NCBI RefSeq assembly: GCF_006345805.1
Contig: NC_043023.1
Coordinates: 11,408,001 to 11,472,000 of the forward strand
Source of the DNA: Octopus sinensis
Lineage: Eukaryota
Reading direction: 5' to 3'
Length of the DNA: 64,000 bases
Each line of letters starts with the position of its first letter. Position 1 is the first letter of the stretch. The notes beneath the pieces are model-generated. The model ran no database searches and was not told the origin of the DNA. It was given only the letters and a program-made list of their open reading frames with translations. The translations under genes and the position numbers were made by a program. Shown one piece after another: positions 47,901-61,434 of the stretch.

Positions 47901-49415
47901 CTATTAACTTTCATCATTGTCGTCATTTTCATCATCATCATCCTTCAGCGATAGCTTTTCTTTATATGTTGTCATGGGTGGCACAGTGTGACATGAGCTG
48001 GTAAACCATAATGCTGCACTAGGTTCCAGTCTGATTTGTTTGGGTTTCTTTGGATGTATTCTCCTAATGCTAACCAGTTTACAGTTTATGCTGTGTGCTT
48101 TATATCATCATCATCATCATCATTTAACATCCGCTTTCCATGCTAGCATGGGTTGGACGATTTGACTGAAGACTAGTGAACCAAATGGCTGCATCAGGCT
48201 CCTTTCTGATCTGGCAGAGTTTCGGCAGCTTGATGCCCTTCCTAATGCCAACCACTCCGAGAGTGTAGTGGGTCCTTTTACGTATCACTGGCATGAGGAC
48301 CTGTCAGTCTGTACCGGCAACGGCCATGCTCAAATGGTGTTTTTGACGTGCCACCTGCACAGGAACCAATCCAGCAGCACTTGCCAGTAAGGCAACGCTG
48401 GTAACGATCATGCTCAAATGGTGCTTTTTACCTGCCACACAGCATATATATATAAATTTGAATAAGGGTAGAAATTGATATTAATCAATTAAACCCAGTG
48501 GCCTAGCATATTAAAAAAATCCAAAGATTAAAATATTTTTTACATACAAAATTTAAAGGACTGACCACTAAAAGTTAGTGGTCAGTCCTTTAAATTTTGT
48601 CTGTAAAAAATATCCTTTCCTCTTGGGACACAAAACTCTACTTGTGAAGACCTTTTGAGGCAAGTGAAAATCAAAATCGATCAACATCAATGGAAATTGC
48701 AGCTGTGATACCAGTGCTGGTGGTACGTGAGAGAACCATCTGAACGTGGCCGTTGCCAGCGCCACCCCGACTAGCCTTGTATCGATGACATGTAAAAAGC
48801 ACCATCCAACCGTGGTCGTTGCCAGCCTTGCCGGACCACATACCGGTGGCACGTGAAAGGCACCCACTCAACTCACGGAGTGGTTGGCGTTAGCAAGGGC
48901 ATCCAGCCTTAGAAACATTGCCAGATCAGACTGGGCCTGGTGCAGCCTTCTGGATTCCCAGACCCCAGTTGAACCATCCTACCCATGCTAACATGGAAAG
49001 CGGACGCTAAATGATGATGATGATATATATATATATGGAAGGGCATCCAGCTGTAGAAACACTGCCAGATCAGACTGGAGCCTGGTGCAGCTCTCTGGCA
49101 TCCCAGATCCCAGTCAAACCGTCCAACCCATGCTAGCATGGAAAACGGACATTAAATGATGATGATATATATATATTTATATATATGTATACACACACAT
49201 GTAAATTCATGTGTGTGTGTATGTATGTATGCATATCTAATACTATAAATGCGAATATCAGTGAGTCACACATTTTCAACTTTACTCCTAGAGGCCGTAG
49301 CCCAACATATCATACCATTTTGGAATCGGGCTCAATCTGTGGGTAAATTAAGAACTTTCCAGGGCGAATCTGGACCTGTAAGCCTGAAATTTTGGATTCC
49401 CAAGTTAACATTACA

Positions 49416-49816
49416 GATCTTTTCGGTTTGAACGGCAGGTTTTTCTAGCGGTGTCATATGAAATTGTCACCCATAATTATGACCCTAGGATCGATCTATT
49501 GCATTTCAATCTGTTTTAGGGTTAGGAGTAGCGGGAAGGGTATCTTTTTTTCTTCAGAAATGTAAATAAACTCAATCTGTTTCATAAACGAGGGACATAT
49601 TCATACGGCCCAGAATGTTATTACCTCAATAGACGTCATTGATTGGTTGAAATTGCAGAAAAAACAAAACAAATATCTTACAAACAATAGAATTTTCTCA
49701 ATAAAGCCAAGAGGAAAAGATGTTTTATGAACAAATTCTACCAATATACAAAGTTTAAAAGTGTTTAGTTACGTGGAAATTATTTTTAAAAACTGCCGGT
49801 CAAACCGAAGAGATCC
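49416..49816 (+). mobile_element. Full-length TIR-MITE
   Basis: Both TIRs are present. Confidence 0.85.
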
Positions 49817-49979
49817 CAACCACGCAGGTAGTAGAAAAATTTAAAGGGGGGCAAGAATACAAGGATGTCAAATTTCTGTAAATAGACGTACATGATGGGT
49901 AGGAACCAGAGAGGAGGAAAGAAAGTATAATGACATACGTGCACAAACATGTATGTATGGATGTGCATATATTCTTTTC

Positions 49980-50270
49980 TTTTATTCTTTTACTTGTTTC
50001 AGTCATTTGACTGCGGCCATAAACACGGGGACATAAACACACCAGCATCGGTTGTCAAGCAATGCTAGGGGGACAAACACAGACACACGCATATATATAT
50101 ATATATACGACGGGCTTCTTTCAGTTTCCATCTAGCAAATCCACTCACAAGGGTTTGGTCAGCCCAAGGCTACAGTGGAAGACACTTGCCCAAGGTGCCA
50201 TGCAGTGGGAGTGATCCCGGAAACATGTGGTTGGTAAACAAGCTACTTACCACACAGTCACTCCTGCACC
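49980..50270 (-). mobile_element. CORE-like SINE with internal deletion
   Basis: Reverse complement of the family, ending CACTCCTGCACC. Confidence 0.75.
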
Positions 50271-50429
50271 TAATATGTGCACCATATTCTTGCTATCATC
50301 ACTTCCAAAAAGCGTGGCTGGTTCTACACAAGCCTTCAACACTCAAATCAAATATTTCTGTTTGGGGTTTCTGACAACTTACATTTATTCATTCAATATG
50401 GCAGAGCTTCAAGTTGTGAAAATCAAAAG

Positions 50430-50960
50430 GAGAGTGAAAGTGATAAGACATGTATATTTCGTCATGTATGTATCTAAATATATCAACACAGCAGTCACTT
50501 TGATTTCTGAAGATGATTGTGCTGGATTTTTGAGGAATTTGTTATAAGAGAATAAAGGAATGGGAATAAGGAATAAAAGTTTTAAGTGACATTAATTTTG
50601 TCTTTGTTGTGCTTTCTTCATTATCATCATCATCCTTTAATGTTTTCTATGCAGGATCAGGTGGGAAAGTCTTACAAGGGCTGTCAAGCCAGAGTGCTGT
50701 TCCAGATTGCAGTCAGATTTGGCTTGCTTTCTTTGGCTGTATGCCCTTAAGATACATTGTGTATTTTATAAATATGCCTGTTCATGTATCATAACAGCAT
50801 GAAACTAGTAGTAGCTCTCTCGGTTATGTATTTAATTTGATATGTGTGTGTGTTTATGAAAACAGTGACAGTCTGATGACTAAAATAAGTGTATACAAAT
50901 CTCATATTTTGAGTGTATTCATGTCTGGGGCAGAAGCATGGACTCCCTTTTACAGAGCAA
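50430..50960 (+). pseudogene. Orphan copy of the ZF-J 3' UTR with no finger array
   Basis: Near-identical to about 56730-57230. Confidence 0.8.
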
Positions 50961-52189
50961 TATAAAAAAACTTGAAACTTTTCACATGTGCTGTTTGTGC
51001 AACAAAATAGCAAGATAAGACATCAAATGTCAAAACCTTAGAAATATGTGGTATGTCCAGCATCCAAAGCGTGTTGATGAGAATTCAGTGCAGATGGTTA
51101 GGACATATTTTTTAAATGAAAAATGGCTGCATTAAAAAAAATTCTTCTTTATGGCCAAAAAATGGAGGGATATCATGGCAGAGGAAGACCTGTCCTTAGG
51201 TATAAGGATGAGCTGAAGCAATCAGTAAAATCTCTAGAGTTTGATTTGACATGTTGGGGAAAGTCATTACCTGGATCCACTTCCTTGGTGTAAAATTTCT
51301 GGCTGTAGACAAATGGTGTAAATCTGATTTAGGTGTATTTACACCATTTCTCTACAACAATAAATTTTCTCCGTGACAAAACACTGTGAATGGGTTGTGT
51401 AAGAGTTCAAATCTGGCACTGACATTCTTAGAATGGTAATAACATTTTACTTATAAACATCACTGCTTAGTTCTCCTACCTTGTTTAAAAAGTAAAACAC
51501 CAAGGGAGGGCCAGGGATTGTGCACCTGTGTATACACAATATATACTGACATATACATTTTTACTAAAGTAAATGCAGATTTCTCCTTCCAGTTATGCAT
51601 ACATCTATAAATACCTCACTGAATCCACAATGTGTCATCAAAGTCAAACTGGACTACATTCACTGCATGCATTCCACTTGGATTACAGACTTGAAATCCG
51701 AACGAATGGAATTTTCCAAGTTAGGCAAAGAATAATTAACAACAAAGATGGGCTTTAGTCCAGTACTGCTGTTTCTGACATATTCTTTACTGATTAACAA
51801 AAGTGTAACATCCTGCAAAAGAGCCGTTTTAATCAGGTGAATAAAGGTAAGAATTAGAAATCAGAACTTCCCAAGAAACTGAACATAATGCCAGATGACT
51901 CAACTGACCTGATTCCGCCAGGAGAGTGACTAGGTTCTGCCTTACTAAGTTTATATTAACCCTTTTGTTACCAACCCGGCTGAAACTGGCTCTGGCAATG
52001 AGTACAAATGTCTTGTTTTCACAAGTTTTGAATTGAAATCTTCCACCAAACCTTAGTCACAATTTATGTTCCTAACACAAGCTTAATGATAACAAAGTTA
52101 TTTTACTAAATTTTTGTTATATTTATAATTAATTGAAAGAAACACAACACAGGTAGAGAATGGGGCAGATGGAGAGAGAAATGAAAGGG

Positions 52190-52520
52190 AAGCAGTGATA
52201 TTTGAGCTCATAAAGGGCTGTAGGGTAAAACAAAGGGTTGTAAACAAATCGTTGAAAAGTTGGATTAGCAAGAGGTTATCCATTGATGTGTCACACTCTT
52301 GGGGAAAGGTATGCCTTGCAATGGTGGATTGTGGGCCAGGGTGGATGGCGTCATGGAGAGAAATCGGGGTGGTAATGCTGCGGAAGGGCTGCAATCAGTG
52401 TGTTTGGAATGGGGGCTTGTAGATGAGCTATTAATGGACAACAGTACAGCTTTTTGCACCATTGTTCAATTGAATTTAAGGCTGAGAGGCAACGGATCTA
52501 CCGCATGGAGGCAGTCTTCG
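52190..52520 (+). mobile_element. Degenerate Gypsy-like LTR retrotransposon integrase fragment
   Basis: Frames give RLSIDVSHSWGKVCLAMVDCGPGWMASWRE and EWGLVDELLMDNSTAF...RGNG, resembling the first two acidic motifs of an rve DDE core. Confidence 0.55.
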
Positions 52521-52917
52521 AGTTTGTTCTGCAGACAGCCATATTCTGGTACGAATGGGGACACTGCAGCAGCTGGAGGTGGAAGGGGTTACATTGGTAC
52601 AGGCCATAGACAAAGTAGGGTGAAGCTCCCAAATGCGTGTGTGGGACATTCCCAATCACCGATAACAGACGAACTGCACACAGAAATGTCGCTGTGGGTA
52701 GCTATTAAGTTGGTCTGCAGAGAAGGGCCATCCGGTTAGGTACGAGAAGGATCTGACAATTTATATCAGTGATTCTCAACTGGGGTCCACACATCCCCCT
52801 CAGGGTCCTATATAAGACTGAGGGGGATTACACAACAAAATATCATGGAAAACAATAATTATATTTTAAGGGTATTCGAAAAAATTTTGCTTTAGATCTT
52901 AAGTATTGGGTTAGGGT

Positions 52918-53622
52918 TATAAAACATCTTTTTCTCTTGGCTTTATAGAGAAAATTCTATGGTTTGTAAGATATTTGTTGTTTTTTTTGCTTCAATTTCT
53001 GCAATTTCAACCAATCAATGACGTCTATTAAGGTGACAACATTCAGTGCCGTATGAATATGTCCCTCATTCAAGAAACAGATTGGGTTTATTTACATTTC
53101 TGAAGAAAAAAAGATACCCGCCTCTAACCCTAACCCTAAAACAGATTGAAATGCAATAGATCAGGCGCAGGAGTGGCTGTGTGGTAAGTAGCTTGTTTAC
53201 CAACCACATGGTTCCGGGTTCAGTCCCACTGCGTGGCACCTTGGGCAAGTGTCTTCTACTACAGCCTCGGGCTATAGTGAGTGGATTTGGTAGACGGAAA
53301 CTGAAAGAAGCCCGTCGTATATATATGTATGTATGTTTCTGTGTCTGTGTCCCCCTAGCATTGCTTGACAACCGATGCTAGTGTGTTTATGTCCCCGTCA
53401 ATTAGCGGTTCGGCAAAAAGAGATCGATAGAATAAGTACTGGGCTTACAAAAGAATAAGTCTCGGGGTCGAGTTGCTCGATTAAAGGCGGTGCTCCAGCA
53501 TGGCCGTAGTCAAATGACTGAAACAAGTAAAAGAAAGAGAGATCGATACTAGAGTCATAATTATGGGTGACAATTTCATATGACACCGCTAGAAAAAACT
53601 GCCGTTCAAACCGAAAAGATCC
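52918..53622 (-). mobile_element. TIR-MITE with a nested full-length CORE-like SINE (53164-53540)
   Basis: The SINE interrupts ATAGATC/GATACTAG with an AGATC duplication; the TIR ends at 53622. Confidence 0.85.
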
Positions 53623-53722
53623 TACGTGAGTACTCTTCGTTAAAATAATCTGGTGTAAATTTGAAAAATTCTTGAAGGCGAAGTGGTTGACAGAAAATCA
53701 CTGGAACGAAATGAACAGCCAG

Positions 53723-53738
53723 TGAAGCCATCTATTGG
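53723..53738 (-). promoter_or_regulatory. CTCF-like motif, ZF-J cassette
   Basis: TGAAGCCATCTATTGG (reverse complement CCAATAGATGGCTTCA), 129 bp upstream of the donor at 53867. Confidence 0.45.
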
Positions 53739-53866
53739 AGAATTAAAGAAATACAATGTTATGAAGGGAAGTAACTTCTACAAAACTTGTTTTACGAGCT
53801 CCAAGTTAAACCTTAATTAAGGTGCTTAATTAGCGATCACTGACTCGTTGTTCATATCTGGATACG

Positions 53867-54898
53867 GTAAGTTGAGAAATATTCACTTGAAGGCTATAAT
53901 GGTGTTAATACTACTGATTATAATGTAAATAATAGAATTATTTCGAAGCGAAAACATAACAAATTGGGGAAATATATTTCAGTGTCTTAAATAATAAATT
54001 CCAAACCGAAATATTGATTTGTTGCTTATAAAAACCTATGAACTGCTGTTGCATGTGATATAAAGGAAATTAATTGGTAAAATGAGTGTTAAGTGGTGTA
54101 ATTATTAAAATGAGACGAAACCGTTTGCAGAATACCACATAGCGAACAGTGGTCCCGGTGCGCGCAGTCGCGGATCCGCGCTAGCTAGTCGTGACAAGTC
54201 GATCCTACAACGACTACCTAGCAAAGTAAATAAAACACAAAATAAAAAAATTTTTGATCCTTTTGGTTTGAACGGCAGTTTTTAACATAATTTCAAGGTA
54301 ACTAAAAAATGTTAAACTTCGTATACTGGTAGATTGTGTTTATAAAACATCTTTTTCTCTTGGCTTTATTGAGAAAATTCTATGGTTTGTAAGATATTTG
54401 TTGTTTTTTTTTCTTCAATTTCTGCAATTTCAACCAATCACTGGCGTCTATTGAGTTAAAAAGCATTCAGTGCCGTATGAATATGTCCCACGTTTAAGAA
54501 ATAGATTAGGTTTATTTACATTTGTGAAGAAAGAAAGATACCTTCCCCTAAACTAGTATCTATCTATTGCATTTCAATCTGTTTATATATAAAGTTAATC
54601 CAAACATGAAAACACAACAACGCGAGGACGTGGAACAAATATAGTATTATTGGACGCTCGGGAAGAAGGAGGGTTTAATGTTTCGAGCGGAGCTCTTCGT
54701 CAGAAACATAGGAAAAGGAAAGATGGAGGAAAAGAAATCGCCAACGATACACATGCGGTCACATTTTGAATATTATATTATATATATATTTATATATATG
54801 TATATATATAGACATTGAATGAATGACAGTGTTGCAATGTTGAATTACTATGTCTTTTCACAATACACTTTACCTAACTGCTTCTTTTCCTATTTCAG
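53867..54898 (+). other. Putative 5'-UTR intron of ZF-J
   Basis: ACG|GTAAGT donor at 53867 and CCTATTTCAG acceptor at 54898. Confidence 0.65.
54256..54580 (-). mobile_element. Truncated TIR-MITE
   Basis: One TIR at 54256 plus the family body. Confidence 0.8.
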
Positions 54899-55245
54899 AT
54901 AGGTATTTGTGATACCATGTTGATGGAAACGAAATTTCTTCATTCAGATGTGCCGATGATATTTTTATTGACTTTCATCAACTAAAAGAAGACCATATAT
55001 TATATAAGGCACATTCATCAATACATCAATCTCTTTATAAAAATAATATCTTTGTGATAAACAATGGGAAAATATTGTATTCAACAGCAACATTTTTTTG
55101 TTTTCACTGTCTGGAATGTACAGGAGATGATCAATTTACAGGTTAATTGAGCTTGGATTACTTTACAAAAGAGTTAACCATTTACATCTGTTTTAGCTAT
55201 TAAGATCACCGATGAAACACAACTTGAAATTATTCTCTGAAAATA

Positions 55246-56598
55246 GTGATAAAACTGGACACAAACTTTTATAGAAATGAAAAACACGATATCATTGTGA
55301 TATGCATGACAAATTATTCTCTTGTAATGAATAATTTAACAAAACCAAAAAATCCTGACGCAAAAGAGAAACCACATCATTGTGATATCGGTTATAAATC
55401 ATTTTCTGAAAAGAGTTATTTAACCAGTCACAAACGTATTCATACTGGAGAGAAGCCATATCATTGTGACATCTGTGGTAATTCATTCACTGAAGAAAGA
55501 ATCTTAGCTAAACACAAGTGCATTGATATAGGAGAGAAATCACATCACTGTGATGTCTGTGGAAGATCATTCTCTCGAAGAGGTTCTTTGACTTGTCACA
55601 AACGTATTCATACTGGGGAAAAGCCATGTCTTACAGGAGAGAAGCCATTTTATTGTAATATCTGTGGTAAATGTTTCTCTCGAAAAGATACTTTAACTAA
55701 ACACAAAGCTACACATACAGGAGAAAAACCATATCAGTGTGATATCTGTGGTAAATCCTTTTCTCATTGTGGTAACTTGACAACGCACAAACGTATTCAT
55801 ACAGGAGAGAAACCATATCATTGTAATATCTGTGGTAAATCATTTCCCCAACATTGTCAATTGACTAATCACATACGTATTCATACTGGGGAAAAACCAT
55901 ACGTGTGTGATATCTGTGGTAAATCATTTTCTGTAAGTGGAACTTTAACTCGTCACAAACGTATTCATACAGGAGAAAAACCATATCAGTGCGATATCTG
56001 TGGTAAATCGTTTTCTCAAAGTGGTGACTTGCCTAAACATAAACGTACTCATACCGGAGAGAAGCCATATCATTGTAATATCTGTGGTAAATCATTTTCT
56101 GGAAGTAGTGACTTGATTATACACATACGTATTCATACAGGAGAGAAGCCATATCATTGTGATATCTGTGGTAAATCATTTTCTGGAAGTAGTGACTTGA
56201 TTAAACACAAACGTATTCATACAGGAGATATTAAACACAAACGTAGTCATACAGGTGAGAAGCCGAATCATTGTAATATCTGTGGTAAATCATTCTCTTC
56301 AAATAGCTATTTGATTAGTCACACGCGTATTCATACTCAAGAAAACCCATATCAGTGTGATATTTGTGGTAAATCATTTTCTCACAACAAGACTTTAGAT
56401 AATCACAGACGTATTCATACAGGAGAGAAGCCATATCTTTGTAATATCTGTGGTAAATCGTTTTCTCAAAATAGCAGTTTAACTAATCACAGACGTATTC
56501 ATACAGGTGAAAAACCATATCATTGTGATATCTGTGGTGAGTCATTCTTTCAAAAAGGCCACTTAAGTACACATGTGAACATTCATACACAAGTGTAA
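55246..56598 (+). CDS. ZF-J: C2H2 array, 14 finger units (12 canonical), uninterrupted to IHTQV*
   Basis: ORF track 450 aa (GTG start; in-frame ATGs at 55306 and 55327). The first two fingers lack a ligand, and there are two short in-frame linker duplications. Confidence 0.92.
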   Translation: MIKLDTNFYRNEKHDIIVICMTNYSLVMNNLTKPKNPDAKEKPHHCDIGYKSFSEKSYLTSHKRIHTGEKPYHCDICGNSFTEERILAKHKCIDIGEKSHHCDVCGRSFSRRGSLTCHKRIHTGEKPCLTGEKPFYCNICGKCFSRKDTLTKHKATHTGEKPYQCDICGKSFSHCGNLTTHKRIHTGEKPYHCNICGKSFPQHCQLTNHIRIHTGEKPYVCDICGKSFSVSGTLTRHKRIHTGEKPYQCDICGKSFSQSGDLPKHKRTHTGEKPYHCNICGKSFSGSSDLIIHIRIHTGEKPYHCDICGKSFSGSSDLIKHKRIHTGDIKHKRSHTGEKPNHCNICGKSFSSNSYLISHTRIHTQENPYQCDICGKSFSHNKTLDNHRRIHTGEKPYLCNICGKSFSQNSSLTNHRRIHTGEKPYHCDICGESFFQKGHLSTHVNIHTQV

Positions 56599-57229
56599 CA
56601 GTATCTGTATCATGATTTATTACAACTGGACAACAATTACGAATATTTTGTCTGTTAAAAGACTGGATTTATTCCTATTCAAGTTTGACCTTATCAACTT
56701 TAATTTCATCGTTAACAATTTGATATTAACGAACCCCAACTTCAATATCATGTATGTATCTAAATATATCAACACAGAGATGACTTTGATTTCTGAAGAT
56801 GATTGTGCTGGATTTTTGAGGAATTTGTCATAAGAGAATAAGGAATAAAAGTTTTAAGTGACATTAATTTTGTCTTTGTTGTGCTTTCTTCATTATCATC
56901 ATCATCCTTTAACGTTTTCTATGCAGGATCAGGTGGTAAAGTGTTACAAGGGCTGTCAAGCCAGAGTGCTGTTCCAGATTGCAGTCAGATTTGGCTGGGT
57001 TTCTTTGGTTGTATGCCCTTAAGATACATTGTGTATTTTATAAATATGCCTGTTCATGTATCATAACAGCATGAAACTAGTAGTAGCTCTCGGTTATGTA
57101 TTTAATTTGATATGTGTGTGTTTTTGTGAACACAGTGACAGTCTGATGACTAGAACAAGTGTATACAAATCTCGTATTTTGAGTATATTCATGTATGGGG
57201 CAGAAGCATGGACTCCTTTTTACAGAGAA

Positions 57230-57937
57230 ATAACCCTAACCCTAAAACAGATTGAAATTCAATTGATTGATACTAGGGTCATAATTATGGGCGACAATTT
57301 CATATGACACCGCTAGAAAAACTGACGGATCTTTTCCTTTTGAACAGCAGACAATTTCTACTTAAGTAAACACTTTAAAACCTTGTATACTGGTAGAATG
57401 TGTCAAAATAAAATGTTTTTTTCTCTTGGTTTTCTTGAGAAAATCGTAATTTGTTTGTTTAACGTAGTTTAATTTTTCGAATTTTAAGCAATCCTATGCT
57501 CTCTTTTGAGCTATAATCATTTGCTGCGTCTAGAACTGAACAACATCCTGTACGTAACCCTAACCCCCCCCAACCCTAAATTTTTTTTCTTAATTTTAAA
57601 ATTAATTTAATTGTTACGCGTATAAAAAAACAAAAGGAATGGAATTAAATTAATTTAAGAATTAAGAAAAAAAAATTAGGGTTAGGATGTCTCAGTTTTA
57701 GACGCAGCAAATGATTTTAGTTGAATGGAGGTAATCGATTGGTTAAAATTGCCGAAATGCTCGGATTTTCAGACAAAATATCTTAGAAACTATAGAATTT
57801 GCTCAAGAGAAAATGATGTTTTATAAACACATTCTACCAGTATACGAAGTTTAAAAGTGTTTAGTTAACTAGAAATTGTGTTGACATCTGCCGTTCTAAA
57901 GGAAAAGATCCAAACTGCCGTTGAAACCGATAGGATC
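57230..57937. mobile_element. Related MITE (57327-57911) nested in the TIR of a TIR-MITE
   Basis: Inner TIRs GGATCTTTTCCTTTTGAAC and ...GGAAAAGATCC. The flanks are AAACTGAC/AAACTGCC (7/8 match), and there is an internal AT-rich hairpin bounded by CCCTAA/TTAGGG. Confidence 0.75.
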
Positions 57938-58050
57938 CGAGTAGAGAAAACGGTAATTGAGCAGAAAACCTCAGTACACTTCTTCGAGATAATCTGGTGA
58001 AGGTTTTAACAAAATTCGGCAAAGAGATTCACTGGAACGAAATCAGTCAC

Positions 58051-58066
58051 TAGAGCTATCTATTGG
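58051..58066 (-). promoter_or_regulatory. CTCF-like motif (degenerate), ZF-K cassette
   Basis: TAGAGCTATCTATTGG (reverse complement CCAATAGATAGCTCTA), 128 bp upstream of the donor at 58194. Confidence 0.35.
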
Positions 58067-58710
58067 AGAATAGAAGAACTACAACCATCTAAAGGGAAAT
58101 AACTTCTACTACACTTCAACCACGGTGCAAGTAAATTATTAATTAAGGTGCTTAATTAGTGATTCACTGACTCGTTGCTTATTTGTGAATACGGTAAGTT
58201 GATATAAAGATTTACTTTAAGTCTGTAAAGGTGATATTACTACTACTAATAATAATAATAATGTGAATAATAGAATTCTGTGAACCTCTCGATGTTACAG
58301 TAATTATTTTTCGAAGCGAGAACCTGACAACAATTAGGAAAATATAATTTGCTCGTCTTAATTAATAACTTCCAAACTGAAATATTGATCGGTTGTTTAA
58401 GAAAACCTATGATCGTCTGTTACATGTGATATTAAGGAAATTAGGCATTCCTTCGATATAGCCCGACATGGTCGAGACGTTTCACTTCGGGTATTTCCGT
58501 GGGTTGTGGAGTAAAGATGTAACGAAATTATATCCAGCAATGTCACATTTTAAAATTGAAGAAAAAAAGCCTTGCATATTTGTTCTTACTTGTTCCATGT
58601 GTGTATATAAAATCCGCAAATTTCCAAGCAGAAAACAGAAACGAACTGTTATTTGCTTCCACGGAAATACCCGGAGTGAAATATTTTGATGTTGTCGAGT
58701 TAAATCGAAA

Positions 58711-58712
<2 letters not shown>

Positions 58713-58782
<70 letters not shown>
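58713..58782. repeat. (AT)n microsatellite
   Basis: About 35 uninterrupted AT units. Confidence 0.95.
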
Positions 58783-58790
<8 letters not shown>

Positions 58791-59239
58791 TCCTTATTTC
58801 TTTATTCCCCACAAGGGGCTAAACACGGAGAGGACAAACAAGGACAGACAAATGGATTAAGTCGATTATATCAATCCCAGTGCGTAACTGGTACGTAGTT
58901 AATTTAAATATTGATGGTGATTTGATATCGGGCATCAATATAATGTAAAAGCGCCGACATCCGCTTTCAAATTGTGAGTTGGGCCCAAACGCACATGCAT
59001 ATGACACGTTTGTTCCACTTCCCTTCTACGAAATCCACTCACAAGGCCTTATTCTGCCCAAGGCTATAATAGAAGACTCTCGCCCAAGATGCCACATAGT
59101 GGGACTGAACCCAGAGCCATGTGATTTGGAAGCAAGCTTCTTACCACACAGCCATAAATGTTTAAAGCTCACTCAGTGTCATTGTTACAAATTTCTCTCG
59201 TTAATTGTTGAACAGCCTAATTTTGTGAGGTTATTATAC

Positions 59240-59608
59240 TTACACTTTTACTCCTTTACTTGTTTCAGTCATTTCACTGTGGCCATGCTGGAGCACTGCC
59301 TTTAGTCGGGCAAAACGACCCCAGGACTTATTCTTTGTTAACCTAGTACTTATTCTATTGGTCTCTTTTGCCGACCTGCTAAACACACCAATATCAGTTG
59401 TCAAGTGATGTTGGGGGGACAAACACAGGCACAAATACATATATATATATATACGACGGGCTTCTTTCAGTTTTCGTCTACCAAATCCACTCGCAAGGCA
59501 TTGGTCGCCCTGAGGCTATAGTAGACACTTGCCCAGGGTGCCATGCAATGGGACTGAACCCGGAACCATGTGGTTTGTAAGCAAGCTACTTACCACACAG
59601 CCACTCCT
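59240..59608 (-). mobile_element. CORE-like SINE
   Basis: Reverse complement of the family, ending CACAGCCACTCC. Confidence 0.75.
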
Positions 59609-60109
59609 TTGCATCATCATCATTGAATGCACCAATCCGATTGTGGCTGTTGCCAGCCTTGCCTGGCACCTGTGCCGGTGGCATGTAGAAAGCACCCACT
59701 ACGCTCATGGAGTGGTTGGCGTTAGGAAGGGAAACCAGCTGTAGAAACACTGCCAGATCAGACTGGAGCCTGGTGCAGCCTTCTGGCTTCCCAGATCCCC
59801 GGTCGAACCGTCCAACCCATGCTAGCATGGAGAACGGACGTTAAACGACGATGATGATGATTGTTTAACATCCTCCTTCCGTGCTGGCAGGGGTTGGACA
59901 GTTTGCAAGGGACTGGCCAGGCAGAAAACTGCCCCAGACTTCTGTATCTGTTTTGGCACAGTTTTTCCAGCTGGATGCCCTTCACAGCACCAGCCATCCT
60001 GCAGAATGGAGTGAGTGCTTTTTACGTGGCACCACCACAGGCGAGGTCAGTTTTGTCGTAGTTTTTACAGCTGGATATATTTCCAAATATTCCAAGATAA
60101 GGAGAAGAG

Positions 60110-60585
60110 GCTTGAATCCTCAAAGACATACTTTATCTCGAAAGAATCCAGAAGCTGGCTACCTGCATGGTTCTTGGTCTCAAGCATTTGTCTTATGAAG
60201 AAAGGCTGAAGACGCTCGACCTTTATTCTCTCAAAAAACGACGACGCCGTGGTGATCTCATTCTTGCCCACAACATCATAAGCGGAAAGTGTAACCTCTC
60301 GAAAGAGTTGTTCTTCACTCCTGCTCCAGAGCGTCGGCTTCAGGGTCACTCCTAAAAGCTCTATCTGCGATGATTTCATCTCAATTGAAGGAGAGGGGTT
60401 TTCTCCGTCCGGGTTGCGGATCCGTGGATTAAGCTGCCGAACGAGATAGTGAAGATGCCGACGACCGCTCGGTTCAAAGTCTCTCTTGACCAGAGATGGC
60501 ATGAACACCACCCTGTACATAACTCCATGTCCCCCTACATGGCCTTGCTTTTTGCTTTTTGAGCCAAAAAATTAACTTAACTTAA
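60110..60585 (+). mobile_element. CR1-clade LINE 3' fragment
   Basis: ILKDILYLERIQKLATCMVLGLKHLSYEERLKTLDLYSLKKRRRRGDLI...GHS...FSVRV...W..LP...FK..LD is typical of the CR1 ORF2 C-terminus. It ends in a short (TTAAC)n tail. Confidence 0.85.
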
Positions 60586-60729
60586 ATGCCAACCACTTTG
60601 CAGTGTGAACTGTATGCTCTCTACAGCTTGATGCCCTTCCTAGCATCAACCACCGAGTGTACTGTGTGCTTTTTATGTGCCACCAGCAGCAATGAGGCCC
60701 GCAGAGAATAGGTGTGGCTATGCAGTAAG

Positions 60730-61095
60730 ACGTGTGCTTTCGTCTGTCGTTACATTCAAATTCCGCCAAGGTCGACTTTGCCTTTTATCCTTTCATGGCC
60801 AATAAATAAAGTACCAGTTTCGCACTGGGGTCGAAGTAATCGACTTAATCCCTTTGTCTGTCCTTATTTGTCTCCTCTGTGTTTAGCCCCTTGTGGGTAA
60901 TAAAGAAATAGGTATTTCATCTGCCGTTACATTCTGAGTTCAAATTCCGCCGAGGTCGACTTTACCTTTCATCCTTTCGGGGTCGATAAATAAAGCACCA
61001 GTTTCGCACTGGGGTCATAGTAATTGACTTAATCCCTTTGTCTGTCCTTGTTTGTTCCCTCTATGTTTAGCCCCTTGTGGGTAGGAAAGAAATAT
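60730..61095 (+). mobile_element. Two tandem 5'-truncated Meta/MESC-like SINEs
   Basis: TTCAAATTCCGCC.AGGTCGACTTT...GCCCCTTGTGGGTA...AAAGAAATA occurs twice. Confidence 0.8.
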
Positions 61096-61434
61096 ATGCA
61101 GTAAGAAGTGTGCTTCTCAGCCCATCGTTGCAGGTCAGGTGTCTTCAACTGTAGCCTTCAGCCAACTAAAGTTGTGTGAGAGATATGGTAGACAGAAACT
61201 GAAAGAAGCCTATCGTGTGTGTGTGTGTGGTCAAATGTACAGAAAGCAAAAGACGAAGACGTGTGAGGAAATGACAAGCAGATGTATTTGTTTAACACTC
61301 ACGAAGAATGGGAAAGTTTTTGATGTTTTGAGCATATGCTTTTCAAGAGAAAGGGATGAGAGGAAACCACAGGGAGAGAGAGAGAGAAATAAAGGGGCCA
61401 GATTATTGGTTCACATGTTGAAATGATATATATA

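Noticed and set aside
55112-55120. Conserved leader motif TGGAATGTA identical to the 5' end of miR-1
   Set aside because: The match is only 9 nt, it is on the mRNA sense strand (so not a target site), and there is no precursor hairpin or remainder of the mature sequence.
54916-55146. 76-codon open frame in the ZF-J leader ending ...FHCLECTGDDQFTG* (possible CxxC domain)
   Set aside because: It has no ATG, an in-frame TGA lies just after the acceptor, it is not joined to the finger frame, and the frame is broken in the paralogs checked.
58543-58822. ORFs with (IY)n runs
   Set aside because: These are translations of the (AT)n microsatellite.
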